DNA from: a virus
DNA: 64,000 bases
IMG/VR virus record: IMGVR_UViG_3300046171_000197
Reading direction: 5' to 3' (one strand)
The position numbers and the translations under genes are program-made. The notes beneath the pieces are model-generated. The model searched no databases and was not told the DNA's origin. It saw nothing but the letters and a program-made list of their open reading frames with translations. Numbering within the stretch: position 1 is the first letter of the stretch; each line of letters opens with the position of its first letter. Positions 39,602-50,142 of this stretch are shown piece by piece.

Positions 39602-40204
39602 ATGTCTCTTTGGGGAAACAACGATAATGTGACTTCGGCGGGGAAAATCACTGCAATCAATTATGATACAGGGGTTGTTACTGGAAGTGGCACCGCATGG
39701 GGCGCCTCTGGTTCAGCACAAGTAGGTGATGTTCTCAGAATTGGTGTCAGAGGTCCTGGTGTTGCTGCAACATATTTTGGTGATGCAGTAATCACATCAA
39801 TCGCATCTGCTACATCATGTAGCATTGCAAGTACAGCTTCATTGGTTAGTCCTAGTTTAGGTACACCATTTAACCTAGCACTTGCTGGTGTAACTACAGA
39901 TTTTACAGTATCACAGATGCCAATCTGGTGTACACAAAACTTACAAGGTGATAAGTACAGAAACAAAGCATCATCTTTTGAATCTGATTCACTTGTATTT
40001 GGTATATCTAATGCAACTGCACAGAATTCAAGCACAACAGCAGCACAGTCACCATCAGTACAAGGACAGTTTAAAACTGAATCTGGTTGGGTTGGTGTTA
40101 CAACCTACATAGATAGTCATGGTAATTACAGAGTGAAGCAAGAAGTTCTTGTTGCTATGTCTGGTATTACTACAGGAAGTATTGACTACTATACTGAAGG
40201 ATAA
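39602..40204 (+). CDS. Putative virion structural protein
   Basis: MSLWGNND start, GWVGVTTYIDSHGNYRVKQEVLVAMS; TATAAATA at 39565. Confidence 0.65.
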   Translation: MSLWGNNDNVTSAGKITAINYDTGVVTGSGTAWGASGSAQVGDVLRIGVRGPGVAATYFGDAVITSIASATSCSIASTASLVSPSLGTPFNLALAGVTTDFTVSQMPIWCTQNLQGDKYRNKASSFESDSLVFGISNATAQNSSTTAAQSPSVQGQFKTESGWVGVTTYIDSHGNYRVKQEVLVAMSGITTGSIDYYTEG

Positions 40205-40228
40205 TTTATTAACTAACCTTTATATAAT

Positions 40229-40600
40229 ATGAGATTTGATGAATTGAATGAAAATAACTATATGTTGTTCGCTATAAAATTTTATGATAATCCTCATGCT
40301 CTTACAAAAGAAGAGTTTGAGGATGATCTAAAGCGAATCAAATATGTCAAAAGACTTTTAAAAAGGTATAAAAATACTGGAGTCTTAAAAACACACTTGA
40401 TACTAAATCATTTAACTGTATTATTTAATGTATTTGGAGAGGCATCGGTACCATTACTCTTTTATAACTTGGAAGAGGATTTATGGCCAGCGATTAAAAG
40501 TTTTTTAATGTTTTTAAATAGAATACCTGAATATCCTAAGAGTCATATTCATGGCATCCCTGAAGATCAAACCTGCATAGATGAGTTAAATTCAGTCTAA
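40229..40600 (+). CDS. Conserved T4-like protein upstream of primase
   Basis: EEFEDDLKRIKYVKRLL and HLILNH motifs. Confidence 0.75.
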   Translation: MRFDELNENNYMLFAIKFYDNPHALTKEEFEDDLKRIKYVKRLLKRYKNTGVLKTHLILNHLTVLFNVFGEASVPLLFYNLEEDLWPAIKSFLMFLNRIPEYPKSHIHGIPEDQTCIDELNSV

Positions 40601-40800
40601 TGGACATAGATAAGATTATCAATATAGTCAGATCTCTTCGTGAGCAAGCAGTTATGGGTGCTCCTACGAATGCAGTTGGCACTGGTCAGATTGCTGGTAC
40701 AAAGGAAGCAGGTGACGATCCACCTGTAAGAAAGAAGAAAAAGAAATACATTTACGGAGGACATGGTTCTCGAAGAATGTGGATGGCAAACAAAAAATAA
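40600..40800 (+). CDS. Small conserved hypothetical protein
   Basis: LRE-QAVMGAPTNAVGTGQIAG, poly-Lys. Confidence 0.65.
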   Translation: MDIDKIINIVRSLREQAVMGAPTNAVGTGQIAGTKEAGDDPPVRKKKKKYIYGGHGSRRMWMANKK

Positions 40801-40830
40801 TAAATATATCTGAAGTAATAATACTTAGTT

Positions 40831-41211
40831 GTGGAAGACAATACTAACGTTAATGCTGCTATACTCGAAAGATTAGAGAAAGTTGTTCAATCTCTACAGG
40901 AAAACTCTGTAAAGATGGGACAACTTCTTGCTGTTCATGATGAGAAATTAACAAAGCAAGATCGTATCGATGCAGTCTTATTTGAGAAGATTGAGCAAGT
41001 AGATGAGAAATTAGATCGTCATGCAGAGACAATTAAGAAAGGATGTGAGAGAGATATAAGACTTGTAGACAACCGTTTAAGGTTGATGGAGAAGAAAATG
41101 TGGTCAATATTTGGTGGACTTGCTATCATATCTTTTATAGTAAGTCCAGTTGGTCAGAAGTTTGTAAGACCTATGTTGACACCAACGCAAAATGTTAGTA
41201 TAATAAGTTGA
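40831..41211 (+). CDS. Coiled-coil protein with C-terminal TM segment
   Basis: LLAVHDEKL coiled coil and WSIFGGLAIISFIV. Confidence 0.65.
   Translation: MEDNTNVNAAILERLEKVVQSLQENSVKMGQLLAVHDEKLTKQDRIDAVLFEKIEQVDEKLDRHAETIKKGCERDIRLVDNRLRLMEKKMWSIFGGLAIISFIVSPVGQKFVRPMLTPTQNVSIIS
41176..41204 (+). promoter_or_regulatory. Consensus sigma70 promoter for primase/nrd
   Basis: TTGACA-17-TATAAT. Confidence 0.8.
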
Positions 41212-41227
41212 TTGAATAATCCTTTTT

Positions 41228-42199
41228 ATGGATATTATAGACTCCAAGTATATTGGTTTAGTCTCTTCACGATTACAAAAGTTTAAAAAGGTCAAAGCAG
41301 ACCTTTATAATTTTCGTTGCCCGATCTGTGGTGACTCTCAAAAGCATAAGAATAAAGCACGAGGATATATGTATCCCGTCAAAGCAGATATGAACTTCAA
41401 ATGTCATAACTGTGGTGCTTCATCTACGTTTAGTAACTTTATAAAGACACTCGACCCAGTGCTTTATAAGCAGTATATATTTGAAAAATTTAAAACAAGA
41501 AATACTGGCAAGGGATCAATCTTTGAAGAACCAGAGTTTAACTTTAAGAAACCTGTGTTTGAAAAGAAGTTGGATCTTCCAAAGGCATCGGAGAATCCTA
41601 TCGCCACCAAATATCTTGAAAAGAGAAAAATAGATCCAAGTAAATTTTACTTTACTAAGGAGTTTCAAAAGTGGACAAATACACACAAACAGACCTTCGA
41701 CACTATCCATAGGGATGAAAGTCGTGTTATAATACCACTGCATGATACAGAAAAAAACTTAATCGGATTTCAAGGCAGAAGTCTAGGTCCGAATTCTGTT
41801 AAATATATTACTGTGATGCTTAATGAAGATGCTCCTAAAATATACGGATTAGATAAAATAGATGACAAGAAACCAATTTACATTACCGAAGGTCCTTTCG
41901 ATTCCACGTTCGTGGAGAACTCGGTTGCTATGTGCGGCTCCGATCTTGATATTGGGTCGTTTGGTTGGAGCAGTCATATTTGGGTTTTTGATAACGAACC
42001 TCGCAACAGAGAAATCGTCAAAAGAATATCAAACACCATTGATAAAGGAGAGCAAGTCATTATCTGGCCAACTCAAATAGTTGAAAAAGATATTAATGAT
42101 ATGGCACTTGCAGGACATGATATTATGTCTATACTAGAATCGAATACATATTCGGGATTAAAAGCAAAAGTAAAATTTAACACTTGGAAAAAGGTATGA
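41228..42199 (+). CDS. gp61: DNA primase gp61
   Basis: RCPICGDS...KCHNC zinc finger, FQGR, ITEGPFDS, DNEPRN, KDINDM. Confidence 0.96.
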   Translation: MDIIDSKYIGLVSSRLQKFKKVKADLYNFRCPICGDSQKHKNKARGYMYPVKADMNFKCHNCGASSTFSNFIKTLDPVLYKQYIFEKFKTRNTGKGSIFEEPEFNFKKPVFEKKLDLPKASENPIATKYLEKRKIDPSKFYFTKEFQKWTNTHKQTFDTIHRDESRVIIPLHDTEKNLIGFQGRSLGPNSVKYITVMLNEDAPKIYGLDKIDDKKPIYITEGPFDSTFVENSVAMCGSDLDIGSFGWSSHIWVFDNEPRNREIVKRISNTIDKGEQVIIWPTQIVEKDINDMALAGHDIMSILESNTYSGLKAKVKFNTWKKV

Positions 42200-44500
42200 G
42201 CAACGGAACTAAAGTTGTAAAGAGAAACGGAACAATTCAACCACTGAATCTTGAGAAGATGCATGTAATGGTAGAAGAGGCATGTAATGGTCTTGCAGGA
42301 GTATCTGCAAGTCAAGTAGAAATACAATCAGGTATACAGTTTTATGATGGTATATCTACTGGTGAGATACAAGAAATATTAATACGTTCTGCCAGTGACC
42401 TTATAGATTTAGATCATCCAAACTATCAATATGTTGCAGCAAGACTTCTATTGTTTTCAATTCGTAAAAGTATATTTGGACGCATCTATGAGGTTCCAAA
42501 GATACGTGAACATGTTTTAGAATGCATTGAGAGGGGTGTATATGATTCTGAGTTGATTGATTTGTATAGTGAGGATGAATATGCTAAAATGGAATCCTTC
42601 ATCGACCACGATAGGGATTATCTCTTTACATATGCTGGACTCAGACAAGTTGTAGATAAATATCTAGTACAAGATAGGAAGCACTGGTTCGGTACATGAA
42701 ACTCCTCAATTTATGTACTTGCTAATAGCAGCATCAATTTTTTCCAAATATCCAAAAGAAATCAGACTTGATTATGTCAAAAGATACTACGACGCAATCT
42801 CCAAACACAAAATCAACATCCCCACGCCTATTATGGGAGGGGTTAGAACTCCAATTAGACAATTTGCTAGCTGTGTTCTTGTTGATATTGATGACACCCT
42901 CGATAGCATCTTTAGTTCTGATATGGCTATCGGCAAATATGTTGCACAAAGGGCGGGAATCGGCATCAACGCAGGTCGCATCCGTGGCATCAACGCTAAA
43001 ATCAGGGGTGGAGAAGTCCAGCACACAGGTGTTGTACCTTTCCTCAAAAAGTTTGAAAGTACTGTCAGATGTTGCACTCAGAATGGCATTAGAGGTGGAT
43101 CAGCGACTGTCCACTTCCCGATCTGGCACCAAGAAATAGAAGATATAATTGTTTTAAAGAATAATAAAGGAACGGAAGATAACCGAGTAAGAAAATTAGA
43201 TTACTCAATTCAACTAAGTGCATTATTTTATCAGAGGTTTATTGACAATGGAAAGATCACTCTTTTTTCTCCTCATGATGTGCCAGGGCTTTATGATAGT
43301 TTTGGTACAGAATCTTTTGATGAGTTATACGTGAAGTATGAGAATGATGATTCTATTCCTAAGACACAGATAGACGCACAGGAACTTATATTAGACCTCT
43401 TGAAAGAAAGAGCAGAAACTGGTAGACTTTATATAATGAACATAGATCATTGCAACTCACATTCATCTTTTACAGATAAAGTTGAGATGAGTAATCTATG
43501 TCAGGAGATAACACTCCCAACTAAACCCGTACAACATATTGATGACGAACATGGTGAAATTGCTCTCTGTATTCTTAGTGCTATTAACATTGGCAAAATT
43601 AGGGATGTTCAAGATCTTGAAGCTCTTTGTGATCTTAGTGTTCGGAGTCTTGATGAACTCATTGATTTTCAAGGATACCCCGTCAAAGCAGCAGAGATCG
43701 CTACACGAGCAAGACGTTCACTTGGCATTGGATACATCGGACTTGCACACTATCTTGCCAAGCAAGGTGTTAAGTATGATGATCCGAAAGCATGGGAATT
43801 GGTACATGATTTAACAGAATCATTTCAATATTATCTAATAAAATCCACAGTAAATCTTGCAAAAGAGAAGGGTGCATGTGAATATTCTAAAAATACTAAA
43901 TATTCTCACGGTATATTGCCAATTGATACTTATAAAAAAGATGTTGATGAGATCGTTCCTAACAAATTAAAACATGATTGGGAATCTCTTAGAGCACTTG
44001 TCTTGGAACACGGAGTCAGGAACTCAACGTTGTCCGCACAGATGCCATCGGAGAGTAGTTCCGTTGTGTCAAACGCAACAAACGGAATCGAACCTCCTAG
44101 AGGATACTTGTCCATTAAAAAATCAAAGAAAGGACCTCTTAAGCAGATTGTTCCGCAGTATGGGTCTTTAAAGAATTCATACACTCTTCTTTGGGATATG
44201 GAGAACAATCGTGGATACATTAATGTAGTTGCTGTAATGCAAAAATTCTTTGACCAAGCAATTTCTGGTAACTGGTCTTACAACCCACAACACTTTGAAG
44301 GTTCTGAAGTACCAACAAGTGTAATGGCACAAGATCTTTTAACTACATATAAGTACGGTTGGAAAACATCTTACTATCAGAACACCTACGATGTTAAGAC
44401 AGATGAGGTTGAAAGTGATATCGAAACACCAAATACCCAGTTAGAATCTTTATTAGAAGATTTAGAAACAGAAACGGAGTGCGAAAGCTGTGCAATTTAA
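42196..44500 (+). CDS. nrdA: Class I ribonucleotide reductase alpha subunit (apparent +1 indel near 42679)
   Basis: ATP-cone VVKRNG; removing one A gives YLVQDRSTGSVHETPQFMY; FASCV, SNLCQEI, MPSESSS, terminal CESCAI. Confidence 0.96.
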
Positions 44501-45668
44501 AACAAATTCTACAAGGAGATACAAAGTGGTTGATTCCATGACTGTATTCAATACAGAGAAAGTTGATACTAAAAAACAACCAATGTTTTTTGGTGCACCT
44601 TTAGGTGTTCAAAGATATGATTCTTATAAGTATCCTGCATTTGAGAATTTAACTAAATCACAATTAGGATATTTTTGGAGACCAGAAGAGGTGTCTCTAC
44701 AGAAAGATCGTGGTGATTATCAATCACTAAGACCAGAACAAAAGCATATCTTTACTTCTAACTTGAAGTATCAAGTAATGCTAGACTCTGTACAGGGTCG
44801 TGCACCTGGTATGGCATTTGCACCATATTGCTCTCTACCTGAGTTAGAAGCATGTATGAATGTATGGCAGATGATGGAGATGATTCATAGTCGTTCATAC
44901 ACATATATTATGAAGAACGTATATTCAGATCCAAGTGAGGTATTTGATACGATACTTGAAGATGATCGAATACTTGAACGTGCAGCAAATGTAACTGGTT
45001 CATATGATGATTTTGTAAATCATGCACATCAATGGGATCAAAGTAATCATTGGAGAGAAGATTGGAAAGAAGGTTATAATTCTTCCTTTGAAAGAAAAGA
45101 ATTAAAAAGAAAACTTTATCGTGCAGTGGCAAATGTTAACATACTGGAAGGTATTCGTTTTTATGTTAGTTTCGCTTGTAGTTTTGCCTTTGGTGAACTT
45201 AAACTTATGGAAGGGTCAGCTAAGATCATATCCCTTATTGCAAGAGATGAGAACCAACACCTTGCGATCACCCAAAACATTTTAAATAATTGGAGAAAGG
45301 GTGATGATCCAGAGATGATTGATATTGTTAAAGAAGAAGAGCAATGGTTGATTCAAGCATTTAAGAATACAGTTGACGAAGAGAAGAGATGGGCAGAGTA
45401 TCTGTTCAAAGATGGTTCAATGATTGGACTAAATGATAAACTACTACAACAATATGTTGAATGGGTAGCAAATCGTAGAATCAGAGCAATTGGATTTAAA
45501 CCAATCTATGATGTACCTGCAAGAAACAATCCATTACCTTGGACAGAACATTGGATTAGTTCTAAAGGATTACAAGTCGCACCACAGGAGACAGAGGTAG
45601 AGTCTTACATTGTCGGTGGTATCAAACAAGACGTAAAGAAAGATACGTTCTCAGGTTTCAAATTATAA
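44490..45668 (+). CDS. nrdB: Ribonucleotide reductase beta subunit
   Basis: FWRPEE, EMIHSRSY, LEGIRFYVSF, RDENQH. Confidence 0.96.
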   Translation: MQFKTNSTRRYKVVDSMTVFNTEKVDTKKQPMFFGAPLGVQRYDSYKYPAFENLTKSQLGYFWRPEEVSLQKDRGDYQSLRPEQKHIFTSNLKYQVMLDSVQGRAPGMAFAPYCSLPELEACMNVWQMMEMIHSRSYTYIMKNVYSDPSEVFDTILEDDRILERAANVTGSYDDFVNHAHQWDQSNHWREDWKEGYNSSFERKELKRKLYRAVANVNILEGIRFYVSFACSFAFGELKLMEGSAKIISLIARDENQHLAITQNILNNWRKGDDPEMIDIVKEEEQWLIQAFKNTVDEEKRWAEYLFKDGSMIGLNDKLLQQYVEWVANRRIRAIGFKPIYDVPARNNPLPWTEHWISSKGLQVAPQETEVESYIVGGIKQDVKKDTFSGFKL

Positions 45669-45671
45669 CAC

Positions 45672-45725
45672 AAGAGGGTTTTAACCCTCTTTTTTATTGA
45701 CTACATAGAATTGTGATGTTATGAT
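45672..45725 (+). terminator. nrdB terminator followed by a sigma70-like promoter
   Basis: aagagggtt-tt-aaccctctt + T run; TTGACT(45697)-17-TATGAT(45720). Confidence 0.8.
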
Positions 45726-45728
45726 TAA

Positions 45729-46185
45729 ATGACTGAAAAACAAGTTGATTATGAAAACCCTTGGATTTACGAAGGTTCTCCTTTTACCTCTGATGATATT
45801 GGGGACTATTATGGGTTCGTCTATCGCATCACCAATACCACCAATGAGAAATCCTACATCGGAAGAAAGTACTTCGTGCAGAAGAGAAAACCCAGAGGAG
45901 CCAAGAGAAGAGTCACAAGTGAATCAGACTGGAAACGATACTACGGAAGCTCTGAGGAACTTAAGCAAGATATTAGAAGAGATGGCAAGGATTCTTTCAG
46001 AAGAGAAATCCTCAGTCCTCCACACAACCCTTGGAAAAGTAAACTACGAAGAGACTAAACAGTTGTTTCTTCACAATGTGTTAATGGAATCGCTTGACGA
46101 CGGGACTCCAATGTACTATAATAGCAACATACTCGGACGTTATATGCGTAAAGATTATGGCAACTTTGAAACAGACAGTAAATGA
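45729..46185 (+). CDS. GIY-YIG endonuclease (apparent +1 indel near 46018)
   Basis: YGFVYRITN...SYIGRK, YYGSS; continues LHTTLGKVNYEE...YYNSNI in shifted frame. Confidence 0.85.
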
Positions 46186-46369
46186 AACATACTATTGGTC
46201 AATAGATCGAATGTGTGAACTTTGTTCTCGTGGTGATTTTGAAGAGGTTGTGAACGGTGATTCAATTCGTCAAGAATTTGATGAGTGGATTAGTGCAAAC
46301 AACGGAAATTTGGATGAGGATATCATCTCAATGGCATATATTGGAGAAGGAAGCGAGTATGATATATAA
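46157..46369 (+). CDS. Hypothetical protein
   Basis: MATLKQTV...IRQEFDEW. Confidence 0.55.
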   Translation: MATLKQTVNETYYWSIDRMCELCSRGDFEEVVNGDSIRQEFDEWISANNGNLDEDIISMAYIGEGSEYDI

Positions 46370-46387
46370 TTTGTATTAAATAGAATC

Positions 46388-46663
46388 ATGTTACAGAAAA
46401 TAGTAAATGGAATCGCTATTGCAAGTGGTGTTGTATCTCTCACCGTTGTTGGTCTTGGTGGTTACGTATTCATACGCAAGGATGCGATTATCGAAAACGT
46501 CAAAGGCAAGATAATGGAATCTGTGATGCCAGGTGGTCTCGGTGGAATCATTGGTGGAGGAGATGCTGGAGGAGCACTTGGTGATCTAGGATTACCTAGT
46601 ATGGCACCACCTAAAGGAACAGAACAAGCAGCACCTATGTCACCTATACCATTAGGTTTTTAA
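46388..46663 (+). CDS. Membrane-anchored hypothetical protein
   Basis: N-terminal TM, Gly/Pro-rich tail. Confidence 0.65.
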   Translation: MLQKIVNGIAIASGVVSLTVVGLGGYVFIRKDAIIENVKGKIMESVMPGGLGGIIGGGDAGGALGDLGLPSMAPPKGTEQAAPMSPIPLGF

Positions 46664-46724
46664 TTCAAGATAGTTAACATAAAGTTAAATTTGCTATATA
46701 TAAATAGTCGTCTAATTTTATGTC

Positions 46725-47145
46725 ATGGCTGAAGAAATAAAAAAGGAAGAACCTAAAAAAATAGGTCCACTCGGTAAACTAAAAGAATTTGCAGAAGACA
46801 AAGAGGAGCAGATGGAAATCTTCTCCACTTTTGTGCGCTTAGGTATTTTGATTTGGAGTGGAGGAATTTTAACTTTGAATTATGTTTCAATTCCAAACTT
46901 TCCACAAAAGAATATAGATCCAACTTTCATAGCTTCGGTCTTCACAGGGGTCCTAGCTAGCTTCGGAATCCAGACAGCAAAGAATAAGAATGCTAATGGT
47001 GGTGGTGCAAAAGCACCTGCTCCAATATCTAAGGCAGATATGGAAAAACTAATTGAGAAGGCAGCAAATACTGCACCTGCTCAGACAATCAGGAATTGAA
47101 CAAGCACCAATGGTACTTGCTCCTACTCCTAACAAAAAAGCATAA
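46725..47145 (+). CDS. Two-TM conserved hypothetical protein (apparent indel near 47093)
   Basis: VRLGILIWSGGILTL and IDPTFIASVFTGVLASFG; continues IEQAPMVL to TAA 47145. Confidence 0.7.
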
Positions 47146-47705
47146 TGGAAAAAAAGGAAGTGAAATGGTCTAGGTTATTTGCACTTGGATTGGGTGGAGT
47201 CGTTGGACTTTCACATCTTGGTATGATTGGAACTCTTATGAATCGTGAGAGTAAATTGCCAAGTATTAATGTACCAGTAGGACCTTATACAGCATACGAA
47301 GCAGAAGTCGGAAAAGAGGGATATAAAATTAAATATCGTGCAAACGATCCTTTAGTGATGCATGTGGAACGGGATAGTAACACGAAGGGTGGCTTTCTTG
47401 GGTTGGCTAATAACAAAGTTAAAACTATTGAACAGTACACGATGGACGGTTCAGTTCACACAAGACCCACTCATCCATCAACAACAATCGCAAACGGAAA
47501 ATCTGAAGCTTGCATCAAAGCAATCGGAGGTGCAGAAGGAACAGGAAGACTCGTCGGTTCCAGTATTGGTGCTAGTGCTGCTCCTACTCTGTCTAATATT
47601 CCCTTTATTGGCTGGGTTGCTGCTGGTTGGGTAACTATGTTCTCAGGTAATCAAGGTGCAGAGATTGGTGGTCAAATGGCAGAGGATCTTAACAAAGATT
47701 GTTAG
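47145..47705 (+). CDS. Membrane protein with glycine-zipper-like C-terminus
   Basis: YRANDP motif; GRLVGSSIG and IPFIGWVAAGW. Confidence 0.68.
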   Translation: MEKKEVKWSRLFALGLGGVVGLSHLGMIGTLMNRESKLPSINVPVGPYTAYEAEVGKEGYKIKYRANDPLVMHVERDSNTKGGFLGLANNKVKTIEQYTMDGSVHTRPTHPSTTIANGKSEACIKAIGGAEGTGRLVGSSIGASAAPTLSNIPFIGWVAAGWVTMFSGNQGAEIGGQMAEDLNKDC

Positions 47706-47781
47706 TGTGTAAACCGACATAATATTGCGTAATTATACTCAAGTGTTATAATAAATATTATTGTACTGGAGTTGAAAGATC

Positions 47782-47946
47782 ATGTCCCATTACATGCTAG
47801 GTTGGCACGACCAATTAAATAGACATTACGAAATCGGTGAATATGCAGACGATGCATTTCAAGCTGTAAAATATGCAAGGGAGGATGTTCCGTATCTACA
47901 CGAGCATCCTTTTTCTTTGGAATATATTAAAAAACAGGATGCATAG
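47782..47946 (+). CDS. 54-aa hypothetical protein
   Basis: MSHYMLGWHDQ...EYADDAFQAVKYAREDVPYLHEHP; GGAG SD-like and TATAAT upstream. Confidence 0.65.
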   Translation: MSHYMLGWHDQLNRHYEIGEYADDAFQAVKYAREDVPYLHEHPFSLEYIKKQDA

Positions 47947-48100
47947 ATTCAAAGAAATACTTCCACCTCATGTTAAGGAAGTTAAGTCTTATCCACAGTT
48001 GATATCACTCGGAATCATGTTATTAGGTATACTTATCATTGATATAATAGGATATTATCATGGTAACATGACATTAGTGGAAGTGATAAAAAATTTGTGA
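47939..48100 (+). CDS. Small membrane protein
   Basis: LISLGIMLLGILIIDIIGYYHG. Confidence 0.55.
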   Translation: MHRFKEILPPHVKEVKSYPQLISLGIMLLGILIIDIIGYYHGNMTLVEVIKNL

Positions 48101-48127
48101 TTAAATAAGAGTAACTACAAAATTTTT

Positions 48128-48427
48128 ATGCTATCAACACAATACCGTTTACGGTTAGAAGCAATCTGTAAAGATATTGCTTCAGGAACAGAAGTGAGTA
48201 TGAATGATATGATATGGGCGCAAAAACTATCAAAAGCAAATACCACAGCAAGAGGTATGCTAAACAAGGCTCGTCGGATGAGTACAAATCCAGACGAGTC
48301 TTTTCTTAATCACTTGAATATTGGAGACCCCGATTCAAGTAATCACCGTAGGGGTTTCGGATGTCCAGAGGATGTGGTAGACTGGTTTCATCAAGAAAGG
48401 TCAGATGACTGGAGACAACGTGACTAA
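48128..48427 (+). CDS. Conserved cyanophage hypothetical protein
   Basis: MLSTQYRLRLE...GDPDSSNH...DDWRQRD. Confidence 0.7.
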   Translation: MLSTQYRLRLEAICKDIASGTEVSMNDMIWAQKLSKANTTARGMLNKARRMSTNPDESFLNHLNIGDPDSSNHRRGFGCPEDVVDWFHQERSDDWRQRD

Positions 48428-48600
48428 TGAAAGTTGACACACAAGGAATGTCCTTTGGATCTGGAAAGAGTGGTAAAAGTATTCAAGAACAACGTGATGC
48501 TATACCACCTTTGAAGGTGAATAAAATGAATCTTATATCTGATGCATTGAAGGCAGAACTAAAAGATCTTATTAATGAAGTATTAGATGAACGGTTATAA
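48427..48600 (+). CDS. Small hypothetical protein
   Basis: MKVDTQGMS...LKAELKDLINEVLDERL; coupled start. Confidence 0.55.
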   Translation: MKVDTQGMSFGSGKSGKSIQEQRDAIPPLKVNKMNLISDALKAELKDLINEVLDERL

Positions 48601-48904
48601 TTGGCATGAACTAAGAGACATACCTCCCGCTCATGGTAGTGGTAAGGAACCCATGTATGCAAGCATGGGTAAGTCAACTAAACCAGATCCTAATCGTAAG
48701 ATTACATATCCTCATATGCTTGCTTGCTTTTGTCTTGACTCACATAACACCAGTTACTTTTACAAGAGAGAAGATCGCACATATTATTGGTTACATTGTC
48801 GTAAGAATAAAGATGATGTTGAGGTAGATGCAGACCAAATACAATTAGATATGTTTGGAGACCCATACTTATCTAAGGATTTTATTATGAAAGCAATCTT
48901 GTAA
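48587..48904 (+). CDS. Hypothetical protein
   Basis: 105-aa ORF. Confidence 0.55.
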   Translation: MNGYNWHELRDIPPAHGSGKEPMYASMGKSTKPDPNRKITYPHMLACFCLDSHNTSYFYKREDRTYYWLHCRKNKDDVEVDADQIQLDMFGDPYLSKDFIMKAIL

Positions 48905-49021
48905 GTATAAATACTTATAGAGAAAAAGAGGCATTATGAAAGACTTACCAATCAAATCAACCTGCGTTATCTTTGGGATAATCTGTATATCAGTTTTTAC
49001 TTCTATTAATTATGCATGGGT

Positions 49022-49525
49022 ATGAAAAAATTTAATACAATGGTCTTAGATGTAACTATCTACATCTTAGATTTTCTTTATAGGGGTAGAGACTTTCAAA
49101 GATTCTGGGTATTAGAAGTTATTGCAAGAGCACCCTACTTCTCATTTATTAGTGTGTTACATTTTCGTGAATCTTTAGGACTTCGTGGTGAGGATCACAT
49201 ATACTTAATGAAAGAACACTTTTATCAGGCACTCAATGAAACGGAACACTTGGAAGAAATGGAGCTTAGAGAAGGTAACAAGTATTGGGTTGACCGCTTC
49301 TTTGCCAAACATCTTGTTTTACTTTATTATTGGATTATGGTTGGGTACTATCTTCTCAATCCTGTTAACGCTTACGACATAAACATGAAGATTGAAAAGC
49401 ATGCGTATGAAACTTATGTGAAGTATAGTGCTTATCATCCAGAAGATACAAAGATTGCAGAGATTGCACAGGATGAATTAGATCATTCAAGAGAGTTAAG
49501 AAAAGCTATGTTAATGATTGCATAA
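49022..49525 (+). CDS. ptox: Plastoquinol terminal oxidase
   Basis: RFWVLEVIARAPYFSFISVLH, NETEHL, EKHAYETY, DELDH di-iron motifs. Confidence 0.94.
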   Translation: MKKFNTMVLDVTIYILDFLYRGRDFQRFWVLEVIARAPYFSFISVLHFRESLGLRGEDHIYLMKEHFYQALNETEHLEEMELREGNKYWVDRFFAKHLVLLYYWIMVGYYLLNPVNAYDINMKIEKHAYETYVKYSAYHPEDTKIAEIAQDELDHSRELRKAMLMIA

Positions 49526-49775
49526 TGGAAGTAGTTCATAGTGTAAACATTATGATTTTGTTGCTATTGATTTCTGTGTCAATTGTGATATACTACATAT
49601 TAAGATATGATCATTACTTTCCAAATGACTAAAAAGGAAGAACCACGTAAGTATGCTAAAGACAGAATGGAGTACTTTCGTGAGTTTCATTCAGTTGTTG
49701 CACCAGTAGTTGTACTAGATGGATATGACTATGAGAGAAAGTATGATGAAGAGATGAGTTTTTGTTTACATCCTG

Positions 49776-50111
49776 ATGAATAGATTTTTGTTACTACCTT
49801 TAATATTAGTTGGATGTACAGCACCAGTTACTGATCCACCTGCTCATGCATGTAGTCCTCCTCTGGATGGTAGTGATTTTACTTGCCCTCCGTTTGATGG
49901 CACCTTTGATGATATAAAATTGCCAAGAAAGCAAGTAAGAGGTGAAGTAGATATCTATAATATAGATCATTGGGGTACTTTACATGGTGTATATGTTGAC
50001 AATCTAAGAAGAAGTAGAATCGAACAAACAGCAACTAAACCATCTGATTCAATTGACTCAGCATTGGCAGATTTCTGGTCTCAGGAAACCTCAACTGATT
50101 TGGAAGAATAA
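49776..50111 (+). CDS. Putative lipoprotein
   Basis: MNRFLLLPLILVGC lipobox. Confidence 0.6.
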   Translation: MNRFLLLPLILVGCTAPVTDPPAHACSPPLDGSDFTCPPFDGTFDDIKLPRKQVRGEVDIYNIDHWGTLHGVYVDNLRRSRIEQTATKPSDSIDSALADFWSQETSTDLEE

Positions 50112-50142
50112 ATATAATAGTACTTATCTTATAGTATAAAAA

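Noticed and set aside
42660-42715. Split nrdA as an intron, intein or programmed frameshift
   Set aside because: Removing one A restores the continuous conserved sequence; there is no inserted element
245-45132. Many minus-strand and alternate-frame ORFs in the ORF track (e.g. 802-1047, 16867-17295, 26790-27269, 39661-40035)
   Set aside because: They shadow well-supported plus-strand genes and show no motifs or expression signals
46674-46692. Pho-box-like repeat GTTAACAT-AAA-GTTAAATT
   Set aside because: Only two degenerate half-sites and no phosphate-related gene downstream
48901-48914. NtcA site GTA-N8-TAC upstream of ptox
   Set aside because: Matches the short consensus, but there is no -10 box at the expected distance and it coincides with a TATAAATA late promoter in AT-rich DNA
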